IMG/VR virus record: IMGVR_UViG_3300021197_001722
From: an uncultured virus (IMG/VR IMGVR_UViG_3300021197_001722)
Lineage: Duplodnaviria; Heunggongvirae; Uroviricota; Caudoviricetes
Length of the DNA stretch: 64,000 nt
Strand: one strand, 5' to 3'
Part shown: one piece after another, positions 1 through 8,800 of the stretch
Layout of the letters: every line of letters begins with the position of its first letter
Numbering within the stretch: the first letter of the stretch is position 1
Notes under the pieces: model-generated
Seen by the model: only the letters and a program-made list of their open reading frames with translations
What the model was told of the DNA's origin: nothing
Databases searched by the model: none
Translations under genes and position numbers: made by a program

Positions 1-2
1 CT

Positions 3-95
3 CTTGGCATTAGTACAGAAAAAAGCTACACAGCAAAAAATGGTCGCCCAATGAGAATTGCAAACAACGGTAAAATAATAGAAGGTTTAGTATAA
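3..95 (+). CDS. 3' end of a gene truncated by the window edge; DUF1501-like C-terminus
   Basis: The frame from 3 reads LGISTEKSYTAKNGRPMRIANNGKIIEGLV*, with TAA at 93-95 overlapping the next ATG. This resembles the LGI...GRP..(L/I)...G..I..L ending of DUF1501 proteins. Confidence 0.55.
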   Translation, partial: LGISTEKSYTAKNGRPMRIANNGKIIEGLV

Positions 96-769
96 TGGAT
101 ATAATATCAGAAATAAATAAATCTATTACATCTAGCATAGATTCTATTGTTTACAAAAATAACCTGAAAGATAAAAAGGTTTCTAATATAATAACAATAA
201 ATTGGGAGGGCGTTTTGCCAGAACCTCCTAAGAACACCTCAGAAGAAACAAAAAACGAACTTGAATACTTAGAAACACTAACAAGTAATTTGACTGTAGC
301 TAGTAAAAACTTAATACACCTAGTGGACAAGGAACCGCTAGATCTTTACAAGCCTATATTTAAAAAATTAGGCAAAGAAATGCCTGTCAAAGATTTCAAA
401 AAAGCGTATAATGTAGTAGATCCAATTATATTGAATTTAAAACACAAATTTAATAGACCTCGCCCTAAACAGCTAGGCGACGTTATGGATTTTAATATCA
501 ACGTAACTAAAACTAAAACGCACCATACGCCAGCATACCCTTCAGGTCATACAGCTTATGCTGCAATTGCGGCTTATTTATTTTCAGATATGTATCCGCA
601 TTATTCCTCAGAATTTTTTCAAATGATAAATATAGCTGGATTTGCTAGATGTTTACAGGGTGTTCATTACCCTTCAGATAATGAAGCATCAATGGTAATC
701 ACTGGCGCAATTTGGCAAGATATTAGATATAAACTATTCCCTGAATTAAAGCCTTATAGGAGTTCATAA
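95..769 (+). CDS. PAP2 / vanadium haloperoxidase superfamily phosphatase
   Basis: All three PAP2 motifs are present: KHKFNRPRP, YPSGH and ARCLQGVHYPSD. Confidence 0.85.
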   Translation: MDIISEINKSITSSIDSIVYKNNLKDKKVSNIITINWEGVLPEPPKNTSEETKNELEYLETLTSNLTVASKNLIHLVDKEPLDLYKPIFKKLGKEMPVKDFKKAYNVVDPIILNLKHKFNRPRPKQLGDVMDFNINVTKTKTHHTPAYPSGHTAYAAIAAYLFSDMYPHYSSEFFQMINIAGFARCLQGVHYPSDNEASMVITGAIWQDIRYKLFPELKPYRSS

Positions 770-1980
770 TGCCCATCCCATCAAAAAAAGACGGTGAAGA
801 CAGAAATAAATTTATGTCAAGATGTATGTCTGACCCCACAATGTCTAAGGAGTATCCAGAAAACAAACAAAGAGTTGCTGTTTGTATTAGCAAGGCAACG
901 GAAGGTATGGATTACATCGAGGCGGCAGACTTTCACCTAAACGTAAATGAGTATGGATATACAGAAGAAATTGACGAAGACAACTTCTATGTTCCAGCAG
1001 AAGCAGAGTACGAAGACTGGGATGATGGTGAAGTTGAAGAATGGGACTGGGCAGTGAGTCGTCCGGGTTTGTGGGAAAACATTCGTAGGAAAAAAGAACG
1101 AGAAGGTAAGAATTACAAACCCGCCAAGACTGTAAAAGAGGGCAGACCCACTCAAGAGCAGCTTAAACGCGCTCAGTCTGAAGAGCATCTTACTTATGCA
1201 GATCACGCAGAAGCAGACGAGCCGGGACCAAAAGATCCGCGAAGAACTCCTGCTCCTAAAAAGGATCAGAAAAAAGGATCTAAGAAAAATAAACCAGATA
1301 GCGCAAAAGACAAGTCTGGCAAAATTACTTTTAGCAAAGAAGTTACTGCTCAGTTATCCGCTAAAGTAAAAGAACATAACGCCAAGGGTAAAGGCTCAAA
1401 AGCCACGCTGGGTATGTTGAAGGCAGTCTATCGTCGTGGCTCTGGAGCTTTCTCTACAAGCCATGCACCTAAAATGAGTCGTCATGGATGGGCTATAGCT
1501 AGAGTAAATGCTTTCCTCAAACTACTTAGAAGCGGTAGGCCATCTAATCCTAAGTATACGACAGATAATGACTTGCTACCAAAGGGTCATCCAAGAGCAG
1601 GTAAATCTAAAGCTAGCTATAGGTACGAAGATCCCAAAACTGGTCAAGTATATGAATATGAAAGAAAAGGTGTTTATAAGAAAGGTGAAAGATTTTTGGT
1701 ATATAAAGGCAAAGCAGAAGTAGAATATACAGAATCTGCTGAATATCAAGGACGAAAAGTAAAACTTGGTAAGCCTTTCAAAACTCCCGGAGGGCCAAAG
1801 AAGAGTGCAGTATATGTAAAGAATGGATCGGGAAAAGTAGTAATCGTCAGGTTTGGCGATCCAAACATGAAAATCAAAAAGAATATTCCGGGTCGTCGTA
1901 AAAACTTCAGAGCAAGACATAATTGCGATAATCCGGGACCGAGGTGGAAAGCGCGTTATTGGAGTTGTAGAGCTTGGTAA
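769..1980 (+). CDS. Basic, mosaic multi-domain phage protein (possible internal head protein)
   Basis: String of short modules typical of aquatic viruses: FMSRCM..QRVAVC, PGLWENIR, VYRRG..WAIARVNAFL and AEYQGRKVKL..RARHNC..YWSC. Lys/Arg-rich. Confidence 0.6.
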   Translation: MPIPSKKDGEDRNKFMSRCMSDPTMSKEYPENKQRVAVCISKATEGMDYIEAADFHLNVNEYGYTEEIDEDNFYVPAEAEYEDWDDGEVEEWDWAVSRPGLWENIRRKKEREGKNYKPAKTVKEGRPTQEQLKRAQSEEHLTYADHAEADEPGPKDPRRTPAPKKDQKKGSKKNKPDSAKDKSGKITFSKEVTAQLSAKVKEHNAKGKGSKATLGMLKAVYRRGSGAFSTSHAPKMSRHGWAIARVNAFLKLLRSGRPSNPKYTTDNDLLPKGHPRAGKSKASYRYEDPKTGQVYEYERKGVYKKGERFLVYKGKAEVEYTESAEYQGRKVKLGKPFKTPGGPKKSAVYVKNGSGKVVIVRFGDPNMKIKKNIPGRRKNFRARHNCDNPGPRWKARYWSCRAW

Positions 1981-1999
1981 AACAATTAGGAGAGAAAGA

Positions 2000-2503
2000 G
2001 TGAAATATTATTCACAGCCCCAAACGGGGCAGGACAAGATAGTACTAGAAATTTTAGAAAACAAGAAAGATGGTTATTTTATTGATATAGGTTGTCATGA
2101 TGCATTTAGTATCAGCAATACTGCAACAATGGAAACAGAACTTGACTGGAAAGGTTTAGGTTTTGATTTAAAAATAAATGAAAGTTGGACCCAAAGACCA
2201 AATACAAAAACCTATGAAGCAGACATTTTAACTCTAAATTTAGAAAAAATATTTGCCGAAGAGGGTGTTCCAGAAGTTGTAGATTTTTTAAATGTTGACC
2301 TAGAGCCTTGGCAACCAACTTTCGAGGCTTTCAAAATGATTCCGCACGATAAGTATAAGTTCAGAACTATAGCTTTTGAACACGATGGTTATCGTTCGGG
2401 TGTGGGTTGGGTGAGTATGACTAATAACTACATCACTAGCTTAGGTTATAAATTTCATTCTATGTTAAACAATCAGGATAACATTTATGTTTTAGAGGAA
2501 TAA
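2000..2503 (+). CDS. FkbM-like (Methyltransf_21) SAM methyltransferase
   Basis: YSQ..QD, GYFIDIG, SNT..E, DFLNVD and FEHD motifs. GTG start downstream of AGGAG. Confidence 0.75.
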   Translation: MKYYSQPQTGQDKIVLEILENKKDGYFIDIGCHDAFSISNTATMETELDWKGLGFDLKINESWTQRPNTKTYEADILTLNLEKIFAEEGVPEVVDFLNVDLEPWQPTFEAFKMIPHDKYKFRTIAFEHDGYRSGVGWVSMTNNYITSLGYKFHSMLNNQDNIYVLEE

Positions 2504-3265
2504 ATGGTTAAAATTCGTAGAAAAAAAATAACTAGGGTTGTAGCCGATATGAGCAGGGTACAACTTGCGGTTTTGGGTCATTCCCCAGCGCAGCTTGAAT
2601 CATTACCTCATAGAGACTGGTTGTTTCCTACTTATTTAGATCGGCTAGATCTAGGATTCTACAACGACTATCAAGAAAATCACTGGGCAGAGGGTCGCGC
2701 TTTTCTGTGCGATTCTCTGTTCAATTATTCTAAATATGACTACGTTGGTGTTGTATCCGCATCTTGGAATAATAAGTTCTATTCTCCCAGATTAGAAAAA
2801 ATAGACAGACATGAAAACATACACAAATTGTTTGATAACAATACGGTGATAACAAGTTTGTTAGAACCTTTCTGGATGTGGCATACAATGTTTGATTACA
2901 TAGGATTCACCAACGGTACAAAAATTTCAGACTTTGTAAAATCATATTTTAAAGGAATAAACACAAACAAGCTGGTTCCTTTGTCTAATCAAGTGATATG
3001 TCACAAGTCTATATTTAAGGGTCTGTGTAATTTTCATAAATCTGTAGTTGAAGATATAAGAAAGTTTGTAGACAAATATGGAGATGTACCAGAAAACGAA
3101 CTTACCAGATCTAGAAAATACGCATACGTTGTAGAAGCGATGACTATGGCTTACTTTCAATCTAAAGATTACAACTACGTTCCGGTTGCAAAACTACATC
3201 CTCAGTGGTATAATCCAAGAGCCGCAGCAAAAAGGTATCGAGATGATAATAGACAAAATAAATAA
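2504..3265 (+). CDS. Hypothetical protein, possibly glycosyltransferase-related
   Basis: 253-aa ORF tightly packed in the operon. No diagnostic motif recognised. Confidence 0.6.
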   Translation: MVKIRRKKITRVVADMSRVQLAVLGHSPAQLESLPHRDWLFPTYLDRLDLGFYNDYQENHWAEGRAFLCDSLFNYSKYDYVGVVSASWNNKFYSPRLEKIDRHENIHKLFDNNTVITSLLEPFWMWHTMFDYIGFTNGTKISDFVKSYFKGINTNKLVPLSNQVICHKSIFKGLCNFHKSVVEDIRKFVDKYGDVPENELTRSRKYAYVVEAMTMAYFQSKDYNYVPVAKLHPQWYNPRAAAKRYRDDNRQNK

Positions 3266-3935
3266 AGTTATATTCTTAGAAACACCAAAAACAGGAACGA
3301 GTTTTATAAGACACCACTTGTATGATTACAAATCTGATAATTTTCTTATTAATCCTCCTTGGACTCATAGACACGCTGGTATAGAAATTTGCTCACGCAT
3401 TTACGATTTAGACCCAAAAGATTTTGATATTCACTGTTTTACAAGACATCCAGAAGATTGGCTAATATCAGAATTTTTAGAATTTACAAACAATCATCTA
3501 AAGCCATATTTAAATGGGCGCGGAGGTGAGCGGCAAAGAAAATATGTTAGTTATCGTCACGATTTCTGGCCCGGTGGAGATCCGTTCGATTTAAATACTT
3601 ATCTAGACACATTTCTTACAGATGACGAATATAAAATTCCAATGAAAAGACAAGTAGAGTTAGGATCAATGTGGAAACCTAGCGTTGAATATTATGAAGA
3701 ATTAGATCCAAATAAGATTCACATACATAAATACGAAGATTTTAAAAACTCTATAGAGAAACTGTTTACTGCTTTTAAAAAACCCATACCAGATTGCGAT
3801 CAAATAATTCACAAGACGAATACTAAAAAACCATTTTCAAATAGACAAAATAGAAGTCGTATAAACAGAATTTTTGATAGCGACTTTAAACAGTTTGGAT
3901 ATCAAAAAAGAACGGTTATGGCATTAAATGAGTAA
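3243..3935 (+). CDS. Sulfotransferase family 2 protein
   Basis: 5'-PSB-like motif PKTGTS and 3'-PB-like motif RHPEDWLIS. Likely start is ATG 3243 rather than 3186. Confidence 0.75.
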   Translation: MIIDKINKVIFLETPKTGTSFIRHHLYDYKSDNFLINPPWTHRHAGIEICSRIYDLDPKDFDIHCFTRHPEDWLISEFLEFTNNHLKPYLNGRGGERQRKYVSYRHDFWPGGDPFDLNTYLDTFLTDDEYKIPMKRQVELGSMWKPSVEYYEELDPNKIHIHKYEDFKNSIEKLFTAFKKPIPDCDQIIHKTNTKKPFSNRQNRSRINRIFDSDFKQFGYQKRTVMALNE

Positions 3936-5031
3936 AGCAGATTATCTAATTGTTGGTGCAGGTCTTTACGGCGCTACGTTTGCTAAAATGATGGATTACG
4001 CCGGAAAGAAGTGTATCGTTATTGACAAGAGAAGTCATATAGCTGGTAATTGCTATACCAAAAAAAAGAACGGTATAGAGGTACACCAATACGGACCTCA
4101 TATATTTCACACCAACAACGAAGTTGTGTGGGAGTTTGTAAATAGATTTAGTAAATTCAATAGATATACCCATAAGGTTAAGGCAAACTATAAGCACAAC
4201 CTCTACTCCATGCCTATAAATTTAAATACATTTAATGACATGTGGGGTATTACCTGCCCACAAGTAGCCTTAGAGAAAATATCTAGAATAAAAAAAGAGC
4301 ATCTAGTTAGTGAAAATCTAGAAGATTGGTGTATTGCAGAGATCGGAGAAGAGCTTTACAGGAAATTAATCTATGGATATACCAAAAAACAGTGGGGTCG
4401 CGAACCAAGAAAGTTGGCGTCGTCAATAATTAAAAGGTTGCCGATAAGATATACATTTGACGATGCGTATTTTAACGATACTTATCAAGGCATACCGGTC
4501 GATGGATATACCTCCATGATTTCTAATATGTTGTATGAGACACCTGTATTTTTGGAAGAGGACTACCTAACAAGAAGAGACTACTGGGATGCAAAAGCTA
4601 AAAAAGTTGTTTATACCGGCGGGCTTGATGAATTCTTTAATTACTGCTATGAACCTCTAGGATGGAGATCGTTGAGGTTTGAACATAAGAACTATTTTAT
4701 ACAGGATTATCAAGGTTTGGCTCAGATAAATTACACACACCCCGATATACCATACACACGCAAAGTGGAGCATAAACATTTTAATTATGACCCAAAAATT
4801 AAAAATACTATAGTAACAACAGAGTATCCAGATAAATGGGAAATTGGAAAAGAAAAATATTATCCAGTTAATGACATTGCTAATAATCAGAAGGCAAAAT
4901 CATACATGAAGAAAATTGATAGACAAAAGTATGTCTTCGGTGGAAGGTTAGCAACATACCGGTATTACGACATGCATCAGGTTATTGCGTCAGCTATGAA
5001 GAGGACTTTAGATGAACTTAGATTTCACTAA
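3928..5031 (+). CDS. glf: UDP-galactopyranose mutase
   Basis: IVGAGLYG, HQYGPHIFHT, YTKKQWG, YQGIP and GRLATYRYYDMHQVI motifs. Confidence 0.95.
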   Translation: MSKADYLIVGAGLYGATFAKMMDYAGKKCIVIDKRSHIAGNCYTKKKNGIEVHQYGPHIFHTNNEVVWEFVNRFSKFNRYTHKVKANYKHNLYSMPINLNTFNDMWGITCPQVALEKISRIKKEHLVSENLEDWCIAEIGEELYRKLIYGYTKKQWGREPRKLASSIIKRLPIRYTFDDAYFNDTYQGIPVDGYTSMISNMLYETPVFLEEDYLTRRDYWDAKAKKVVYTGGLDEFFNYCYEPLGWRSLRFEHKNYFIQDYQGLAQINYTHPDIPYTRKVEHKHFNYDPKIKNTIVTTEYPDKWEIGKEKYYPVNDIANNQKAKSYMKKIDRQKYVFGGRLATYRYYDMHQVIASAMKRTLDELRFH

Positions 5032-6061
5032 ATGTAACTGCAACGGCGCTGGATTTTGTGAGATATACCAAAGGGAGATGGACGCCGCCGGAATAAAGTG
5101 GTGTAAGCACACAACAGAAGAAAAAAGAAAACGGTACGCAAAAGCGAACAGGAGTAATTTTGTAGAACAAGAAGAAGTGCTACATACTGAAGAAAACTCA
5201 TCTATAAAATATATAACAAACAAAAATTTGATTGATGCAAGTCTTGATCTTTGTGAAATCGCCAGCAAGTTTGACGGCATAGTTGGTGTGCCTAGATCTG
5301 GAATGGTTCCTGCGTCAGTAATCGCAACCCATATAAATAAACCTTTATTTTCTATACATGAAAACGAAATAGTTATTTTAACCTACGCCTCAGACTACGG
5401 AGGAAGCAGGATGAAATACTATAAAAAATATAACAGTTACGATAAATTCAAAAACCTACTGTTTGTAGACGATACTAGTTGCAGCGGAAGGACCGTTAAA
5501 GCTATAAAAAAAACCTTTGGCGAGAATATTAAATTTGCTTCTATATTCTCAACGGAAGTTTCTTCTAATTTGGTTAATTATTATTCTAAACAATTAGAAC
5601 TACCTCACATACTGGAATGGAATTTTTTCAACTCTGGTTACTGTGGGACCACATGTTTTGATATTGACGGTATTTTCTGTAATGATGTACCTTTAGATGT
5701 GTGCAAAGATGAAAAACTCTATATAGAATACATAAAAAAAACACAACCATATCAACAAAGAATACCAAAACTTTTTAAAGCAAAGGCACTAGTCACCGGA
5801 AGACTGGAAAAATTTAGAGAAGAAACAGAATTTTGGTTGAAAAAGCATGGATTTAATTATGAACATTTGATAATGTTTCCTACGGAACGGGAATCAGAAA
5901 GAGATAAAAATCATTACGAAGTTGTAGGCAAGTACAAGTCAGAGATATTTAAAAAATTTAATTGTAATTTTTTTGTAGAAAGCTCTGAAGAAGAAGCAAA
6001 GTACATCAAGCACTTTTTAGGAAAAACTGTTATCCTTCCTAATCAAGAAATTGTGTTATAA
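5012..6061 (+). CDS. Type I phosphoribosyltransferase fused to a C-terminal HAD-family phosphatase
   Basis: VGVPRSG and the PRPP-binding motif LFVDDTSCSGRT; then FDIDG (HAD motif I), VTGR and FFVES. Cys-rich N-terminus. Confidence 0.75.
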   Translation: MNLDFTKCNCNGAGFCEIYQREMDAAGIKWCKHTTEEKRKRYAKANRSNFVEQEEVLHTEENSSIKYITNKNLIDASLDLCEIASKFDGIVGVPRSGMVPASVIATHINKPLFSIHENEIVILTYASDYGGSRMKYYKKYNSYDKFKNLLFVDDTSCSGRTVKAIKKTFGENIKFASIFSTEVSSNLVNYYSKQLELPHILEWNFFNSGYCGTTCFDIDGIFCNDVPLDVCKDEKLYIEYIKKTQPYQQRIPKLFKAKALVTGRLEKFREETEFWLKKHGFNYEHLIMFPTERESERDKNHYEVVGKYKSEIFKKFNCNFFVESSEEEAKYIKHFLGKTVILPNQEIVL

Positions 6062-6072
6062 AAAATTTTAAC

Positions 6073-6101
6073 TTGAAAATATAGCAAAACAACGCTATAA
6101 T
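6073..6101 (+). promoter_or_regulatory. Sigma70-type promoter upstream of dnaE-N
   Basis: TTGAAA (6073-6078), 17-bp spacer, TATAAT (6096-6101). AGGAG RBS at 6121-6125. Confidence 0.8.
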
Positions 6102-6128
6102 ACATTGAAACCATATTGAAAGGAGATA

Positions 6129-7769
6129 TTGATGAACTGGTTCCCGCTGTGTAATTATACTCATTATTCGTTGTTAAAGGGTTACTCTAAGCCCAAAGAA
6201 CTCGCTAAAAAGTGTGCAAGCAATAACTTTCGCGCTTGCGGTATAGCCGATTATAAAACTATATCTGGCGCGGTATCTTTTTACCAAGCCTGTGTTGCTA
6301 ACGACATCAAGCCAATTATTGGATGCACGTTTGACGGTTTTACGTTGTTCGCAAAGAACCAAGCTGGCTGGTTTGAGCTAATTAAGATCGTTTCGCTTCT
6401 TGATGATGAGGGCAACTACAATAGTGGGGATCTATCTAAAATCTGTCAGAACGGCAATCTCATTGTCCTAGCTGAATCCGCGACTAAATCTCCAGTTAAG
6501 ACAGGTTGGTACGAGAAGGGTAGATGTTTTCAGAATCTACACTACACAGAAAAAGAAGATGCCAACCTACATAGAATTCTTCTGTGTTCAGATATGAAAA
6601 CTACAATACCTAAGCTGAGAAAGAAATATGCAAAGGGCGAAGACTTTGATAACAAGCAGTTTTTTGATTTCTCACACTTCTTTGTGCCAGACCGTTACGG
6701 TGCAAGTGAAATATGTATAGAAGATCCTCAAGGTCTTCAAGACTTAGATGAGATATACAATCAATGTGAATTCTACGATATACTAAGTTCTCCGCAACTA
6801 CCCAGATTTTCTACACCTAAAGGTAAATCTGAAACGCAGTATCTTACTGAGCTTGCCAGACAAGGCTGGAAAGACAAGTTAGGACACATCAAAAAAAGTA
6901 ATAAACTCTGGAAGACTTATGGAGACAGATTTAAAAAAGAGTTTGACGTTATTAAAGGCGCAAAGCTTTCTGGTTATTTTTTAATTGTTCAAGATATAAT
7001 ACAGTATGCTAAAGACCAAGGGTGGATGGTTGGTCCGGGTCGTGGTTCCGCTGCGGGTTGTCTTATCTCTTACTTGATTGGAATTACAGAGGTTGATCCT
7101 ATAGAGTTTGATCTACTGTTTGAAAGATTTTACAATTCAGGTAGGAATACAAAAGACAATATCTCTTTACCTGATATTGACATTGACATCCCCGGAAAAA
7201 AACGCGATCAAATTATTGACTACATCAAAAAAAAGTATGGATATGCGAATGTTAGTCAGATGGTTACGTTTGGTAGACTTCAAGGTAGAAGTGCAATGAA
7301 AGAAGTGCTGCGCGTCAATGAGGCTTGTGGTTTTAGCGTTATGAATGAAATCACAAAGTACATTCCAGACGAAGCTGCAATATCTGACCAACTCTCACAA
7401 ATGGATGATGAAGATAGGTCTATTATTCGATGGGCTTTGCAAAACAATAGCAAAGAACTTTACGATTATTGTTACATCAACGACAAAGGGTATCTAGAAG
7501 GTGATTACGCTGAGTACTTTGAGCAAGCAATTAAAATTGAAGGAACGCTCAAAACTCAGGGTAAACACGCTGCTGGTGTCGTGATTTCCGCCAAACCTTT
7601 AGCGGAGGTATGCCCAATGGTACATTCTAAAAGTAGCGATGAAAAGATTGCTGGTCTTGAAATGGCAGACTTAGAAGCTCTTGGTCACGTTAAGTTTGAT
7701 GTCTTGGCGATTAATCTTCTTGACAAACTCATGTATATAAATAAACTAGTAGGAGAAACTAATGAATAG
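6129..7769 (+). CDS. dnaE: DNA polymerase III alpha, N-terminal part (degenerate PHP plus palm/thumb)
   Basis: YSLL, KPIIG, GYFLIVQD, VGPGRGSAAG, LLFERF, PDIDID, GKHAAGVVIS and VKFD motifs. Start is TTG 6129 or ATG 6132. Confidence 0.95.
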   Translation: MMNWFPLCNYTHYSLLKGYSKPKELAKKCASNNFRACGIADYKTISGAVSFYQACVANDIKPIIGCTFDGFTLFAKNQAGWFELIKIVSLLDDEGNYNSGDLSKICQNGNLIVLAESATKSPVKTGWYEKGRCFQNLHYTEKEDANLHRILLCSDMKTTIPKLRKKYAKGEDFDNKQFFDFSHFFVPDRYGASEICIEDPQGLQDLDEIYNQCEFYDILSSPQLPRFSTPKGKSETQYLTELARQGWKDKLGHIKKSNKLWKTYGDRFKKEFDVIKGAKLSGYFLIVQDIIQYAKDQGWMVGPGRGSAAGCLISYLIGITEVDPIEFDLLFERFYNSGRNTKDNISLPDIDIDIPGKKRDQIIDYIKKKYGYANVSQMVTFGRLQGRSAMKEVLRVNEACGFSVMNEITKYIPDEAAISDQLSQMDDEDRSIIRWALQNNSKELYDYCYINDKGYLEGDYAEYFEQAIKIEGTLKTQGKHAAGVVISAKPLAEVCPMVHSKSSDEKIAGLEMADLEALGHVKFDVLAINLLDKLMYINKLVGETNE

Positions 7770-8436
7770 AGATATTATCGTCTTTGACTTTGAAACTGGT
7801 GGTAGAGATCCTTGGACTTGCCAACCAACTCAACTTGCGGCTTTAGCTCTTGATGGTAGAAGTTTAAAATTAAAAGGAACTTTTAACAGTGAAATCTGGG
7901 CGGAGACTGATGACGACAAGGCAGAAAAGAAAGGGCTTGGACCAATAGAAGATGGCGCTTTGAAAGTTACTGGCAAAACAAGAGCCGGTATAGCCAAAGC
8001 CCCAAAACCTAAAACTGTTTGGAAAAAGTTTTGCGCATTTGTTGATAAATACAACTGGAAAGGTACGCCGTTCTTCGCGCCAATCCCTGCCGGTTACAAT
8101 ATCCTTGGATATGATATGATTATCATTGATAGATTATGTAAAGAGTATGGACCTTGGGATGAAACTCGCAACAAGCAAAAGATATTTAGTGCAATTAATA
8201 AAATTGATATGATGGATAATTATTGGATGTGGACAGAGGGCGATCCTAGCATCAAGACTCGTAGTATGGATAGTATCCGAGAAAGAATGGGGATGTCGTC
8301 AGAGAACGCGCATGACGCTCTACAAGACGTTAAAGATACTGCTAATCTAATGATTAAGTTCATGAAGACGCATCGTGCTGTATATAGAAACTTGAAACTT
8401 GAGAAAGCATTTGCAGATGGAAACACATACGTTTAA
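7762..8436 (+). CDS. DEDDh 3'-5' exonuclease (DnaQ/epsilon-like)
   Basis: ExoI VFDFETGG, ExoII GYNILGYD and ExoIII AHDALQD motifs. Confidence 0.9.
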   Translation: MNRDIIVFDFETGGRDPWTCQPTQLAALALDGRSLKLKGTFNSEIWAETDDDKAEKKGLGPIEDGALKVTGKTRAGIAKAPKPKTVWKKFCAFVDKYNWKGTPFFAPIPAGYNILGYDMIIIDRLCKEYGPWDETRNKQKIFSAINKIDMMDNYWMWTEGDPSIKTRSMDSIRERMGMSSENAHDALQDVKDTANLMIKFMKTHRAVYRNLKLEKAFADGNTYV

Positions 8437-8800
8437 AAAGTGTTGCAAATGTAACCAAAATTTGCCGGTAGAAAATTTTAGCAAGTGCAGCGGTGGAAAT
8501 TATTTACGACCAGAATGTAGAAAGTGCAACTATAAACTTTCTAAAGAAAGAAAAGAGCTTAGAGAAGCTTATGGATCTCCACCAGAAGGTTATGTTTGCC
8601 CAATATGTCAAAGAACTTCTGAGGACTGTAAAGGTGAGGGTGGAAGAAAAACATCTACTTGGGTTGTAGATCATTGCCACACTAAGAATAAATTTAGAGG
8701 ATGGCTCTGCCACAAGTGTAATAGAGGAATCGGCGCATTTACTGATTCGGTTGAAATTTTAGAAAGAGCTATAAAATATTTGAGAGAAACTAATGATTGA
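8417..8800 (+). CDS. Endonuclease VII-family (His-Me) nuclease with an N-terminal Zn finger
   Basis: CxxC pairs; CPIC...VVDHCH...RGWLCHKCNRGIG...AIKYL. Likely start is ATG 8417. Confidence 0.9.
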   Translation: METHTFKKCCKCNQNLPVENFSKCSGGNYLRPECRKCNYKLSKERKELREAYGSPPEGYVCPICQRTSEDCKGEGGRKTSTWVVDHCHTKNKFRGWLCHKCNRGIGAFTDSVEILERAIKYLRETND

